This document shows, one piece after another, positions 40,506 through 52,310 of a stretch of DNA of 64,000 bases. The stretch comes from an uncultured virus (IMG/VR IMGVR_UViG_3300028591_000091) (lineage: Duplodnaviria; Heunggongvirae; Uroviricota; Caudoviricetes). Position 1 is the stretch's first letter. Each line of letters starts with the position of its first letter. Under the pieces are notes generated by a model. The model was not told where the DNA came from, searched no databases, and was given only the letters and a program-made list of their open reading frames with translations. The translations under genes were made by a program, and so were the position numbers. The stretch lies in IMG/VR virus record IMGVR_UViG_3300028591_000091; one strand, given 5' to 3'.

Positions 40506-41220
40506 AACAGTATTAATAATTCCAGATATTCATGGAAGGGAATTCTGGAAAGAGGGAGTCGAAAAGAGAAGAGCTGAAGAAACTATAATTTTTTTAGGTG
40601 ATTATACAGATCCATATCCTCATGAAGGAATATCACATGAGGTTGTACCTGGGATTTTAGAAGAGATTATCGAACTTTCAAATTCAGTATTACTTTTAGG
40701 GAATCATGATCTTTCTTATATCTACCCAAATTCTCCGGAGTGTAGAAAAGATACAAACTTTGAAAGATTGAAGTGGTTAGAAGAATTTTTTGAAAAGAAT
40801 CACTCAAAATTTTCCTTAACCCATACCATCCATAGAGAAGATAGTAATACAGATGTTATTTTTTCTCATGCTGGACTCTTAGAAGGGCTTTATCACACTA
40901 TGGGAAATCCTGCGCACGTAGCAGAACAATTCAATATTTGGTGGAAAGATAGAGATCATGTTCTAGAATCTGAATTGTTTAAAGTTGGATGGCTGAGGGG
41001 AGGAGATAGTAAATTTGGTTCTTTAGTTTGGGCTGATGTGAGAGAGCATGTTTCTAAATCTAATCAAGTATGGGATAATTATTTTCAAGTATTTGGACAT
41101 ACAATGTTAAAAGAAGGTAAAATAGTTAATGCTCCTCAGTTTAGATGTGCTTGTGTAGATTGTCAGAGACCAGTAAGAATGTGGTGGGACTTAGATGTGC
41201 CAGAATTTGAAGTATTATAA
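40486..41220 (+). CDS. Calcineurin-like metallophosphoesterase
   Basis: PDIHGR, LGDYTD, GNHD, SHAG, QVFGHT. Confidence 0.92.
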   Translation: MENVKNKTVLIIPDIHGREFWKEGVEKRRAEETIIFLGDYTDPYPHEGISHEVVPGILEEIIELSNSVLLLGNHDLSYIYPNSPECRKDTNFERLKWLEEFFEKNHSKFSLTHTIHREDSNTDVIFSHAGLLEGLYHTMGNPAHVAEQFNIWWKDRDHVLESELFKVGWLRGGDSKFGSLVWADVREHVSKSNQVWDNYFQVFGHTMLKEGKIVNAPQFRCACVDCQRPVRMWWDLDVPEFEVL

Positions 41221-41290
41221 TTTATAGGAAGATAAGATTTATTCTTGTCTTCCTTATTTCCTTATATATGTAATTATAAATATAAAACAT

Positions 41291-42799
41291 ATGAATGATA
41301 TTTTAATTGGAAACGAAAAATTTTTTATTAAAAGTCTTCGTTATACAACAGGACTAACAACATTAAAGGTTGAGAAAGAATTAAAAAACAAATTAAGGTA
41401 TCAAAAACTTTTTTTGATTGGGAAAGGGGATATTTATAAAGTGTTAGATTTATCTGGCCTTGTTGGAAACATAACCGTTCCCCCAACTTATGAAAAAGCT
41501 TATGTAATAGTAAGAACAGATAAAACAATAACAAAAGCAGTTAAATACGATGAAGACGATATTAGAGTTATTAAATGCCTTATTCACTATTTTTCGGGAA
41601 TAAAACCAGAGATTACAGAAAAACTTTGTAAGGTAATAGGATATAATATTCTTTCTGATTATCACAAAGTTTATGGTCTTAAAGGATTGTCTGAGTTTAA
41701 GGATGCACTTTTCAAGAAGTCTCCAATAAAAATCGGTCAGCCAGAGTTTTTATGTTACGGTAGACCAAGATATAATATTTTGAGACTAATATCAGACTTA
41801 GTTAAGGCAGGCGATGTTCAATTATTTACAGATCCTGAATTGATTGGTAAATATAAAAGAATATCAAGAAAAGTAGACAGTGGGAGTGTTGTTTTGGAAG
41901 ATACTTGGGCAAAACTTACTGGGATATCCGGAAATAGAACAAGAGCTAATATTTCCCTAACTACCCTTTCTAAAGTCAAGGCGGTAGTTCCCAAAAATGA
42001 AGTTGGAGTAGAGCCTGGTGAAAGAATTTTAACTTCCATCAGATCATTTACTATTATTGTGGATGGAAAACTTAATATGGAAGAAATAGGAATTAAAACA
42101 TCAAATACTCGATTAATAGGAAAATTAAAAAGACTTGGAGTATTAGAACCTATGCTTTTTGAGGATGAATATGTGATTTCTTTATATAAACTTCCTGTAT
42201 TCTCCACACCACAACCCATCTCCAGTTTAAGGCTTGGTTGTGCAGAGTTTTTTGTCAGGAAATCAGAGATAAGGGAAAAGTATATATCTCTTTTAATACA
42301 CCGCCAGGAGAAAAAGCTTAAAGAACTACCGCGTAAATTAGAATTGCCAGAAGAAAAGACAGATTCTACTCTGTTTTTAGAAAGTCTGGGAATTTATGGA
42401 GATCTTTATTATCCTAAGAAAACAAAAACCTTAACTTCAGAAAAATCTTATACGACAACAGAAGTGATAGGAAAAGTTAAGGGTATACCAGAAGATCTTT
42501 ATCCTAATATTCGAGATTTTATAAATTCTGGCAAATGTAGAAACGCGGTGATTTCTCAAGCTTTGAAAGATCTGGCGGTTTATAGAGATACGGATGACTT
42601 AGAAGTATTAAAAAAGGTGAAGAGTAAAGTAGAGAAAGAAAAGAAAGAAGATATTGAAACTCTTCGTAATCTAAAGTTCCGCGTTATCTCTGGGAAAACA
42701 TTAACACTTCTAAAACATAAACAATTAGAAAGCGCTATTGTAGATCTTGGAGAAATTAAAGTTAGTTGGAATGTTAAAGAAGTGAAAGTGAAGGTATGA
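41291..42799 (+). CDS. Hypothetical protein, 502 aa
   Basis: Long ORF after promoter motif. Confidence 0.8.
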   Translation: MNDILIGNEKFFIKSLRYTTGLTTLKVEKELKNKLRYQKLFLIGKGDIYKVLDLSGLVGNITVPPTYEKAYVIVRTDKTITKAVKYDEDDIRVIKCLIHYFSGIKPEITEKLCKVIGYNILSDYHKVYGLKGLSEFKDALFKKSPIKIGQPEFLCYGRPRYNILRLISDLVKAGDVQLFTDPELIGKYKRISRKVDSGSVVLEDTWAKLTGISGNRTRANISLTTLSKVKAVVPKNEVGVEPGERILTSIRSFTIIVDGKLNMEEIGIKTSNTRLIGKLKRLGVLEPMLFEDEYVISLYKLPVFSTPQPISSLRLGCAEFFVRKSEIREKYISLLIHRQEKKLKELPRKLELPEEKTDSTLFLESLGIYGDLYYPKKTKTLTSEKSYTTTEVIGKVKGIPEDLYPNIRDFINSGKCRNAVISQALKDLAVYRDTDDLEVLKKVKSKVEKEKKEDIETLRNLKFRVISGKTLTLLKHKQLESAIVDLGEIKVSWNVKEVKVKV

Positions 42800-43413
42800 A
42801 GATAGATAATTTCGATAAGATTCTTCCTTTGTTGGAATTTGGGAAAGATACTTATTACTTTATACAAATAATAAAAAGAAAGAAAGATCCCGGAAATGAA
42901 GGAATGGAGGTCCCTGAACTATGTTTATGGCAAAGATTTATAGATACCCCAAAAACATTGATAAATCTGAGACAGGAAATTTCAAATCTATGTGAGTCCT
43001 TTAATGCAAGAGCTTATATTGAATTAAATCCTCGCTCTCTAGAAAAATGGAGTATTGAACTAGCTAGAAAATTATTGGATAGAATCTCATTACAAGAATT
43101 TCAATCTGTATATCGATTACCGTCCAAAGTAGCACTATCAGAAGAGACTATAAGAACAAGGAATCTTTCAACGATACTCCAAAGAAGGTGGTTGCTAGAT
43201 GTTGACGAAAAGTCTAGTATTCCTATAGTAGAGGATTGGATAAAAGAGAATGAAATAAAACTAGTTAATATTATTCCTACTATTAGCGGAGCTCATTTTA
43301 TAATAGGATCTTTCAATTATAAAAAATTAGATCTTAAACTTGGAGGAACAGTAAGAGTCGGAGATATATCTTTCGTTCTAAGTCCAAATGCTAATACTTT
43401 TATATATCTATGA
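42796..43413 (+). CDS. Hypothetical protein, possible AEP (primase-polymerase)-like fold
   Basis: WLLDVD (DxD) and PT.SGAH motifs; KRKKD, ARAYI. Confidence 0.5.
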   Translation: MKIDNFDKILPLLEFGKDTYYFIQIIKRKKDPGNEGMEVPELCLWQRFIDTPKTLINLRQEISNLCESFNARAYIELNPRSLEKWSIELARKLLDRISLQEFQSVYRLPSKVALSEETIRTRNLSTILQRRWLLDVDEKSSIPIVEDWIKENEIKLVNIIPTISGAHFIIGSFNYKKLDLKLGGTVRVGDISFVLSPNANTFIYL

Positions 43414-44228
43414 TAATGAAAAATAAAGATTTATTAGAACTTTTAGAAATTGCAGAAAGCAGTCTTGTTTTTATACCAGGGTTTGAAGAATATTCTCATA
43501 AGTATAGTAAAATATATTCTTTAAAAGATTCTGCAGTAAAAAAGTTTGGAAAAGATGTTAAATCTTTTAAAGAAACTTTATCTGAATATAAACCAAAAAA
43601 TTATAAGGAAAGTATAAAGAAAAATATATGTTCCATTTGTACTTATAATTTAGAACACTATAATAAAGCAGACATACTAGATTATATTGAATGTCTAATA
43701 GCTATTTTACAAGTTGATTTTGAATGCCCAGGTTTTTTACAAAATTTTCCAGAGTTTAAAGATCAATTTATAGCTATCAAAAAGGATAAAGTATATCTTA
43801 TAGAACAAGAATACAAAAATTTTTATGATAATATTATAAAAACTTTCAATAGATATTCTAAAAAATCAGATTTTTCTTATGTAAAGAAATTATTTGAAAT
43901 ACCAGAGAAAGAAGATAGACTAAGATTCGATGATTATATTTCTGTAAACTTTAGTAAATTTTGGAAATCTGATAATGAAGAAATAAAAACATATCTTAAA
44001 TTATATTATATCTCTTCAGATACTTTACTTCCTAAAGATTATGCATTTCTAGTAAAGTCCTCTTCCTTTGACAAAAAAATAATATCAAATATAAAACTAA
44101 ACGAAGAAGATTTAAGGTGGGTTGATATATATTTTAAGTTCCAAGATCGAATAGTTAAACATATTCATGATAACATAGAATATAAAACACCAGATTATAT
44201 GAAAATGATAAACTTAACCCTTACCTAA
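43410..44228 (+). CDS. Hypothetical protein
   Basis: ORF in operon. Confidence 0.75.
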   Translation: MIMKNKDLLELLEIAESSLVFIPGFEEYSHKYSKIYSLKDSAVKKFGKDVKSFKETLSEYKPKNYKESIKKNICSICTYNLEHYNKADILDYIECLIAILQVDFECPGFLQNFPEFKDQFIAIKKDKVYLIEQEYKNFYDNIIKTFNRYSKKSDFSYVKKLFEIPEKEDRLRFDDYISVNFSKFWKSDNEEIKTYLKLYYISSDTLLPKDYAFLVKSSSFDKKIISNIKLNEEDLRWVDIYFKFQDRIVKHIHDNIEYKTPDYMKMINLTLT

Positions 44229-44438
44229 AAATCTAGGGGAATAATGAGGACCTCAAATCCTTATACATGATAAGTGAATATTTAATATGGAAACATTTTA
44301 AATAAACGCCTATTAACGATTTCTCTTCTACACACCCACTATCATAAGATTTATTTTATGATAGATTCAACAAGTATTAGAGAAATCATGTTTTTCGAAA
44401 CAAATTTTTAAATTAATAAACTTTTTAAAGCGAAAATT

Positions 44439-45767
44439 ATGAATAAGAAAGTTAAAAAAGTACTTAAGTGGGCCGGTATTGGAATCGGTATCATTGGGAC
44501 TGGAGTTGGGGCTTATGCTCTGATTACCCACCCAGAAGTAAGAGGTGAAATTGTTGACGGAGTAAAGAAAGGTTGCGGCCTGATTACGTCTCCGTTCAAG
44601 GACAAAAATTCTGAAGTAGCATCAGAAGCTCCACGCCGTGAAGGACGGAATAGTGGTGGTTATTATAAGCCTCGTTATAACAACAAGAAAAATTAAAGAA
44701 GAGAAAACATGAAGAAATTTATATTCGGAACAATTGTAGGATCTGTTATTGGAGCTTTGGTACAGGACAAATGGGATGCAAAGAAAGCAGCCACAGAAAA
44801 TTTGGCTAAAGGTTGGGCCTGGACAAAGAAAAAAATTGACAGTCTGAAAGAAGATGTGAAGGAGAACATTGACAGCCTGAAAGAGGATGTTAATGATTAA
44901 AGAAATTCGGAGTTTATTTGATTTGCTCTGAACTTGTTGTTAACTTGCGAAAGGGGTGGTGTAGGACTAAAGCCTATACTGCCTTCCTTTTCTTAACAGC
45001 GATGGAAGAAATATACTTTCCGCTTTAAGAAAGTTTTTAGTGGTCCGGGAGAAGTTAAAAAATAATACTTCCCTCGGACTTTGATTTTAATTATTGAGAG
45101 CTAAAACCCTTAATAGTAAAAGGTTTTCGAAATACAAATTATTAACAAACATTTAAAAACAATTAAAAGTTATGAAAACATGAAAAAGAAAGACAAAAAT
45201 TTGAAATGGTATTTGCTTGGAGAATTTTTAGGCAAAGCATCAGTAATTTGTACAGAAGTACTTATTATCACATCCGTATTGGGAGTGGCTTGTGACCTGA
45301 TATGGGATTTTAAAGAGAGAAAACAGCAAGCAAGAGTTGTAACAAACAAAAACAACAAAAAATGATTACAGTTGGTGATGCGCAAAATGGAAAGCGCAAA
45401 ATTGAAGATCCGGGGAATCCTAGAGTATTTCCCCACACAAAGGCCTACATCAAACACTATTATGGAAAGATAGCAGCAGGCCTTCTCGTTGTAACACTAA
45501 TCGGACAATTAATCCCTTCGATTTTGGATTTCTGCTATGGAGAACCAAAAAGAAACAATGATCGTCGGGATGGAAGACGATAAACTAATAAACCGTTCAT
45601 GCGGTGTATTAATGGGAGTTATTGGAATTTTAGGATGTATATCTGTTTTACCAGTTGTTAAAAAGCCTGTGAGAGATTCTTTACAGCTTAGCATGTCTGG
45701 AATAGGAATAGTATTATCTCTGTTTACAATAATTTCTAAAGCAACAGAACAAAAACAACAAGTTTAG
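44439..45767 (+). CDS. Cluster of five small membrane-anchored proteins (44439..44696, 44709..44900, 45180..45365, 45362..45583, 45537..45767)
   Basis: Each has a Gly-rich hydrophobic segment; promoter motifs at ~44260 and ~45108. Confidence 0.65.
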
Positions 45768-45789
45768 AATTAACAAACAAACAAATCAA

Positions 45790-46782
45790 ATGGACAAAAA
45801 ACTTAAATGCGGATTATTATTAGGAACCGCAGCTATCGTGTTCTTAGCTTATAAACGTTGGTCAAAAAACGTAAGAAAGCAGATTGAAGAACAAGAACAA
45901 AAAGAAAACGAGGAATTAGAAGCCCTCGGAGTACCTACTGATAAACTAGATGAGGAAATCGATCCTTATCAAGACAAAGATAACTTGGTTAAAGCATTAG
46001 CAGTAAGTTGCTTTTTCAATCCCGAAGTTGATTATGATATCATCGATGTGGATAGAGCACTAAAAGCTACAAACCTAATTTCAGTATCTCAGGAAAATTT
46101 CATGTTTAGGGGTACAGAAACTACAGACTTGGTATATTATTTTGATATTCCAAATTATCTGAAAGGTGGGCATTCAGCTCCGCGACTTGGTGATTATTGT
46201 ACCACCATTAAAGAAGCAGCGGAAAAGGCTTGGTCGGATATTATCAGATTCTGTCCAAGACCTAGGTGCAGATTGGTTGGAATGATCATAGTGTCTTATA
46301 ATGAAGACCCAGAAGATCCCGAACAGCGCACAACAGAAAAAGTTGAAATTGATGATCCAAAAATATATGAGGAACTTCAATCAGATTTCGGTCATGATGG
46401 TTTTGGACTAGGAAAACTGTTTGAGGGAGCAGTTAAACAGAATCTCCCAAAAAGTGTAGAAGCAAAACTATCAGATTGGATTAGCCAGAGATGGAGTGGA
46501 GTTTCTGAATTGGAGGTGGTTGAAATTCAGTTGGTATATAGGGTAAGTTACTCTATTCAAAACAGAACAGGAATCGGAATAAATATTAAGACCGCATATG
46601 AGACTCTTCGTTATTTCGTAGAAGAAATGGAAATAACTAGAGGAGGTCGAGGAAATGTGGTGAAATATGAAAATGTTTTATTCTGTGCACCATCCTCTAA
46701 GTATAGCAACAAATTCGATCTCACACATTACTATTACGTCAACGAAGATAATAAAGTTGATCAGGACAGTTATTGTGTATAG
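45790..46782 (+). CDS. Membrane-anchored hypothetical protein, 330 aa
   Basis: N-terminal TM then coiled coil. Confidence 0.8.
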   Translation: MDKKLKCGLLLGTAAIVFLAYKRWSKNVRKQIEEQEQKENEELEALGVPTDKLDEEIDPYQDKDNLVKALAVSCFFNPEVDYDIIDVDRALKATNLISVSQENFMFRGTETTDLVYYFDIPNYLKGGHSAPRLGDYCTTIKEAAEKAWSDIIRFCPRPRCRLVGMIIVSYNEDPEDPEQRTTEKVEIDDPKIYEELQSDFGHDGFGLGKLFEGAVKQNLPKSVEAKLSDWISQRWSGVSELEVVEIQLVYRVSYSIQNRTGIGINIKTAYETLRYFVEEMEITRGGRGNVVKYENVLFCAPSSKYSNKFDLTHYYYVNEDNKVDQDSYCV

Positions 46783-46833
46783 TATCATTTAAAAGGAATA
46801 TGGGAATAAAATCCTGTATTCCTTATTTTTGTA

Positions 46834-47124
46834 ATGGAGATAATAAATAATTTAAGTAAAGAGTTAAGTAAAAATACCACAATAATTTTGAATTTAGTCC
46901 AACAAGTTTTTAAAATAAACCATATAAAAGAAGAAAAAATAACTATAGGCGATTATGCCTCTGATAAGATTTTTATTATAGGCGGCAGAAATGAATATAT
47001 GATTAGATTACAGAGAATAAAGAGGAATAATAAAAATCGTTTTGTTGTTGATTGGATTCTCAACTTTTTTGATACAGAAGGAAAACGTATAATAATAACA
47101 GGAAGAACAATAATGAAGGCATAA
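46834..47124 (+). CDS. Hypothetical protein, paralogue of 47373..47690
   Basis: Shared IR...I..NNK.R.V.DW.L. Confidence 0.7.
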   Translation: MEIINNLSKELSKNTTIILNLVQQVFKINHIKEEKITIGDYASDKIFIIGGRNEYMIRLQRIKRNNKNRFVVDWILNFFDTEGKRIIITGRTIMKA

Positions 47125-47372
47125 ATTATCCTGTTTTTTTATTCCGCCGTAAAAATAGAACAGGAGATTAAGAAACAGAGGATCCATTTTGCGTACGCCT
47201 GATTTCTCCTCTGTAATCTCTCAGCCTGTTCTTCCTTTTCCAGCATCTTTCCTTCACACAAGTTCTCATCTTGCGAAGCCTATCTCCTCTCTTGTGTCTT
47301 CCTCTCATGCTGGAATATATGTGGAAACGGCGGAAAGGGATAAACAGGGAAACTAATAACCTTATAAATAAT

Positions 47373-47690
47373 ATGATAACAATAAAAGAAAAACATAAGA
47401 ATGAGAATATTGAGGAGCTGACCCGTATAGTATTTGAAGAATGTGGGTTGGAAGGAGAACTGATAATTGATGACTGGGATATTTATAGAATTTATATTAC
47501 CAAAGAAGAAAGAAAATGGATAATAAGAGCTTGGAATATACGAGAAAATAACAAAGGAAGAGTTGTTATTGATTGGACACTCTACAGAATGACACCCGAC
47601 GGATCATGTTCAGAAGCGCGTTTTAGCAATTTGAAGATTAAAATAAAGAGCAAGGATTTTATTTCCTTACTCTTTTCATTTTCTAGTTAA
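47373..47690 (+). CDS. Hypothetical protein, paralogue of 46834..47124
   Basis: Start moved to ATG 47373 after promoter motif. Confidence 0.7.
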   Translation: MITIKEKHKNENIEELTRIVFEECGLEGELIIDDWDIYRIYITKEERKWIIRAWNIRENNKGRVVIDWTLYRMTPDGSCSEARFSNLKIKIKSKDFISLLFSFSS

Positions 47691-50600
47691 GTTTATGGAA
47701 TCTAACCGTAAACTCACTCTTATCTAATACCATACTACATCCCTTCTCTCTGATGAATCTATCTATGGGATGGGTGATATAATTCTCTTGAAGTTCCATT
47801 ATTGGTATATCTGTTTCATATACTAATTCAGAACACTCATCCATGCTATTTGCTATCATCTTTAAAGCTCTAGCAGTACCTGTAAGTTCTATCGTTTTTG
47901 AGTCTATTGCTTTTAACGTAGTGACGCTATGGTAATCTGTCCCAATCATGAGGTCAAACAAAAGCGTCATCTTACTCTTTTTGTAAACATTTTTCATAAA
48001 AAACTCCATATAGAAGTCCCAGAGACCAAATACTTTATCGGCTCTGAAGTTACAAGTATTACTATCCGAGTTTCCTCAATATTCATTTCTATTAAGCTCA
48101 GACTATATCATTATCCTTTTTAGGATAGATCGCGCTTCGAGTCTAGGAATTTCACCTAAATTCTACTTCCTTTCAGAATAGTCGTTACACTTTCTGTATT
48201 TCTACAGCTCAGCACGGTATTAGCATCTCAGCTTTCACCGTTAGCCCCCTTTCAGGGACACCCTACAATTATAGGTTCACGATCTTTTCACTTTAAGATT
48301 ACTCTTAAAGGCCACAATATTGTTTATGGACAGTAATCAAAGATGTTAAGCTCCAGGGCTCTCCCTTAATAATGTTTCCTTTATCATCAACCGTCAATCC
48401 TTGTTTAGCTGCACGAATATCATTAAAGAATCCGCTCGACATCAACGCCGAGGTCCCTCCTTGTCGAATACTCTATATATTTCTATATAGTTCGGACTAT
48501 ATCTTCTTCTGAATAATATCAGAAGGAATGCGCTTCGGAATAAGGAATTTCACCTTAAACCTACTTCCTTGCGGAATAGTCTCTACACTTTTCATATTTC
48601 TATGACTTAGCACGGTATTAACATGAGATTTCTCTTTTAGCTTTCACCGTTAGCTCTCTTATGAGAACACCTACCTAATAGTAGTTCACATTCTTATTCA
48701 CTTTAAGGTCACCCTTAAAGGCCACAATATTGTTTATGGGAAGGTTTACACCAAGTCGCTGGATTCTACTAACCAAGGAATTCATTTCTCTTTGATCACC
48801 TTTTTGTTTTGCTTTAAGATAATATTTCCATTCAGGTACAACTAATCTATCGCCAAGAATAGAATTAATTCTACCTTCGTGTTCCATTATATAATCTTGC
48901 TGTTCCTTCACATATTCGCGCAATCTTGGAAAAGCACTATAAAGAGCTAAAATAACTCTCTCAGCTTCCGCAACATCACAATGAAGTCTCTCTGCAAGTG
49001 ATTTTTTCACGTTGTTACCCTATAGGCTTTTTATCCTATAGTTCTTTAGATTCTTTATTCTCTAAAGGTCAGCATATGTTTTCAACCTTTTAAGGTTGGT
49101 GGACACTCGTGGGGAAATTATATTCTGTTTTCAGTTTCATTCCCTATGCGTTACATTACTTATGATCTTTTAATATCACAAGTTAACTCGACATCAGCAC
49201 ATATATTTCTATACTTCTCAGCTTTCATCGATTTTGCCCACTGATTCTCCAATATATTTCTATACTGGACGGCATTACATTTACCTAATCCATAAAGTAC
49301 TCCGAGCATAACCGTTTTGAAATTTTTCCTTAATTTCTTTTTATCGGCTTTTGAAAGTTGCTCATACTTATCTTCACCTACATAAAGTTTTGCTGCAAAA
49401 TTATATACATCCTGGCGGGTATTGAAGAGTTCATTCAAATGTGCATCTTTTGACTGTGCTGCGGCCGCTCTTCAATTTGTTATCTCTAAGCTTTTTATCT
49501 TAGATTCTTTAGGTTTCTATTCCCTAAAGTTCAGCATATATTTTCATCTATATTTCAAGATGGTGGATACTCGTGGGAAGATTATATTTATTCACCTCCT
49601 ATGCGTTACGCTACTGATTAACCTACTCGCAATTTAATCAGTTAACTCGGTATTAGCATTTCAGCTTTCACCGATTTTACCCACTAATGATTTACAGTGT
49701 TTCCACTGTAAACGGCAATTTGTAAAATATTTTTACCTCGGCCGAACTTATGTCAAAGTACGACAGTAAACAACCCGGATACGCACGGACGACACTTTTC
49801 ACGTCCAGATGACTAGGAATTACATGATAGGGGCCACTCCAGCGCTTAGATGATTTCATACAGCACTCATAGGCCGGTATCATTCTTACCTTTACATTTG
49901 GGTTGTCTTTTTCTTCTTCACCCGCTTCACGAAGAATAACATGGGTCTTAGGATCTTCAAGAATTAATTTATCTGTCTTCTTAAACAACGAATCTGTATA
50001 TGAACTCTTGAGCTTACTATATTTCTTGAATAATAAATAGTTGATTACCATCTTTCTCAAGAAGAACATATTATTATCAAGGTCAGACGGATCGAAAGGT
50101 TTTGCATACTCTAAGAATTGTCCCTTTACATACGGGAAAAAGTTCTCCTGAGTTTCAAATCCAGAGAAGTCACTAAATATATCTTTCACTGAATCTGTAA
50201 GTTTTCCTTTCTTTAACGCTCCATATCCTTCATTAAATAGTTCATATACTTTAGACGGATATCCTGTTTGTTCGATAGGAGTTCCATTCCAAGCCTTAGT
50301 ATACTCTCCCTGAAAATGTTTAAATGCATCTTCAATTGCTGTTATACCTAAGTTCTTATAATAGTCTTTTTCACCTTTCATCCAGTGTACTCCATCTTTA
50401 AGAGCTGCTAGATATGCGGTCTCTGTAGAATATAGTTGTGCTAATTCTAAACAGATCTCATCATTCTCTATTGGACTCTTACATTTGAAATATTTCTCTG
50501 AGACATAATCCGCAAATTCTAGTCTTGAGAACTTTGTCTTTTCAAAATATATCGTTTCCGGTACATGTTCTATATCCTTGACTTGCTTCTGATAGACTGA

Positions 50601-52310
50601 CATTAATTCTTTATAGGCCTTCTCATAGAATATATATTTTTCTAACTCTATGTGACGGTTATTAATCTTAATTTTGTCAAGTCCCAGAAGTGTTATAAGT
50701 CCTTCCGCTATTATTCCTAAGATCTTTTTCTTTCTTACTATGGTGGCATCTATTTTTGTTTTCATTTTAACTTCAACCATAGCATCCTTCACCAGACTCA
50801 CAAAATCTTCAGCAAATTTATCACCGAAAATCAACATAAGTCTACCTTCATCTAGTCCAGTCTCAGTACAATCAAATTCATCTAAATAACTGGATAATAG
50901 ATCTTTGGTTATAGCAAGAGGATCTCCATTATAAAATCGTCGTTGTTCAAGAAGAATCCTACATATTGGATTATACTTATTTATATCTGCCATCTTAGCT
51001 TGATGTTTCCTCATTTTGATTTGACATCTAGAAGCCGCACAGAAAAGTATACCCCAAACCATCTGCGTATCACAATAGTTAGAATATTCTGTATTATATT
51101 CTTCCCATTTAGGCACTCCACATGAATGAAGCTGACACGCTAGACGAAGATTATCAAGAAATACATTAAAACATGTCTCACTATAGGTCTGTCTTCTACT
51201 TTCAAACAGTAGCAAAGTATACCAACTATCCAGACAACAATACTTTCCTAGGATCTCACTTGGAATCGGCATATAAGCATTACCCCAATACTCCAGAATA
51301 AGTTGTTCAAATTCTTCAATATACTCAGGATATCGATTACAGAGTTCATTCCATTCGGGTGTATTCTTAAAGTTTGATTGATTTACCTTAAGTACCTTTT
51401 GGCGTTCGCTCTTCTTAGTTCCAACCTCGGTATATAACATACTTTCCAGTAAAGAACTTATACGCTCAAACGCTGAATCCCACTCTCTAACTGATAAAAC
51501 TCTCTGACTAGAAAATTTTAGTGAGAAGCGCTTATTGAGATGAAACCCGTCGAGTATGTTCACAGCCATAGCATCGCATAAATCGTATAGGTCTACATTG
51601 AATTCTCGAAACGAAACTTGATACTCATACTGCATATTATAAACCCAGATATGAGTCATCCTGCTCTGTAAGAATGCTCCAATCCTAGCTATTAATCCTG
51701 CATAAGTTCCCGATTCTTTACCAACCTGATGTCTAATATCTGTCAAGCTAATAAATCCTCCATATTGCAAAGTACAAATTGAAAGTCCAGATAATTCAAA
51801 CCATCTATCTATTGCCATACCGCTAGCCTCAACGTCATATCCAAAGAAAGTATCCTCTGGTTGTTGTTCTAGCCATCCTAAGAAACGATGAGCCTCTTCT
51901 ATTGTATGAAGCACTTTATATCTGAAATTGAATTTCTTGATATAATCTATGTGCTCAGTAAAATTCGAAGACATAAATTGCTTAATTGTATCATCATCTG
52001 GAAATTCTGGTGGTATACATTTTAGATATGCTCCTCCCTCTGCTGACAATCTTGGAAGTAGTTGACAGTCTGAGAAGTTTTCATTTCTTATTCCCAGATG
52101 TAGCCGCTCGTGAATCATATTGAAACCCGAACCACAAGCCACCAACACTCCATCCCCCTCTCCAACATTCAGCACAACCTCTCTTTCTTCAGGACTCATT
52201 GCTTCTAGTGTTTGGACAGAATAGATTTCATTACCTAACGGAAGGGACCACCATAAAAGATGATTCGTTTTAAAATCTTCTTGATCGAAAATTGTTATTC
52301 TTCTATTCAT
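47683..52310 (-). CDS. polA: Family A DNA polymerase, five exons: 52310-49735, 49472-49283, 49007-48736, 48464-48326, 48066-47683 (1186 aa spliced)
   Basis: Exo motifs YDVEASG, YNMQYE, YCCLDS; splicing restores DISSAEV|RAAA (A), RKNFKTVMLGVLYGLG|KKSL (B), NLPI|QGGT and VH|DS (C) in frame. Confidence 0.92.
48067..48325 (-). mobile_element. Group I intron 4 in polA (259 nt, no ORF)
   Basis: Same first 22 nt as intron 3, P7 GACUA/GAUAUAGUC, terminal G before GAT (motif C Asp). Confidence 0.9.
48465..48735 (-). mobile_element. Group I intron 3 in polA (271 nt, no ORF)
   Basis: P1 CCAU/GUGG with U.G, AACGGUGAA..AAUACCGUG, P7 GACUA/UAGUC, terminal G. Confidence 0.9.
49008..49282 (-). mobile_element. 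Group I intron 2 in polA (275 nt, no ORF)
   Basis: 5' splice after GGU, P1 GGU/GCC, P7 GCAUA/UAUGC, terminal G; similar to intron 1. Confidence 0.88.
49473..49734 (-). mobile_element. Group I intron 1 in polA (262 nt, no ORF)
   Basis: 5' splice after U (GAGGU), P1 GGU/GCC, P4 AAUCGGUGAA..AAUACCGAG, P7 GCAUA/UAUGC, terminal G. Confidence 0.88.

Noticed and set aside
47271..47372. N-terminal extension of ORF 47271..47690
   Set aside because: Overlaps the branched inverted-repeat element; promoter motif and paralogue support ATG 47373
47683..49637. ORFs 47683..48009, 48675..49010 and 49160..49438 as separate genes, or polA as a pseudogene; also 47929..48123 and 49422..49637
   Set aside because: The first three are polA exons running into or out of introns; the last two are antisense shadows
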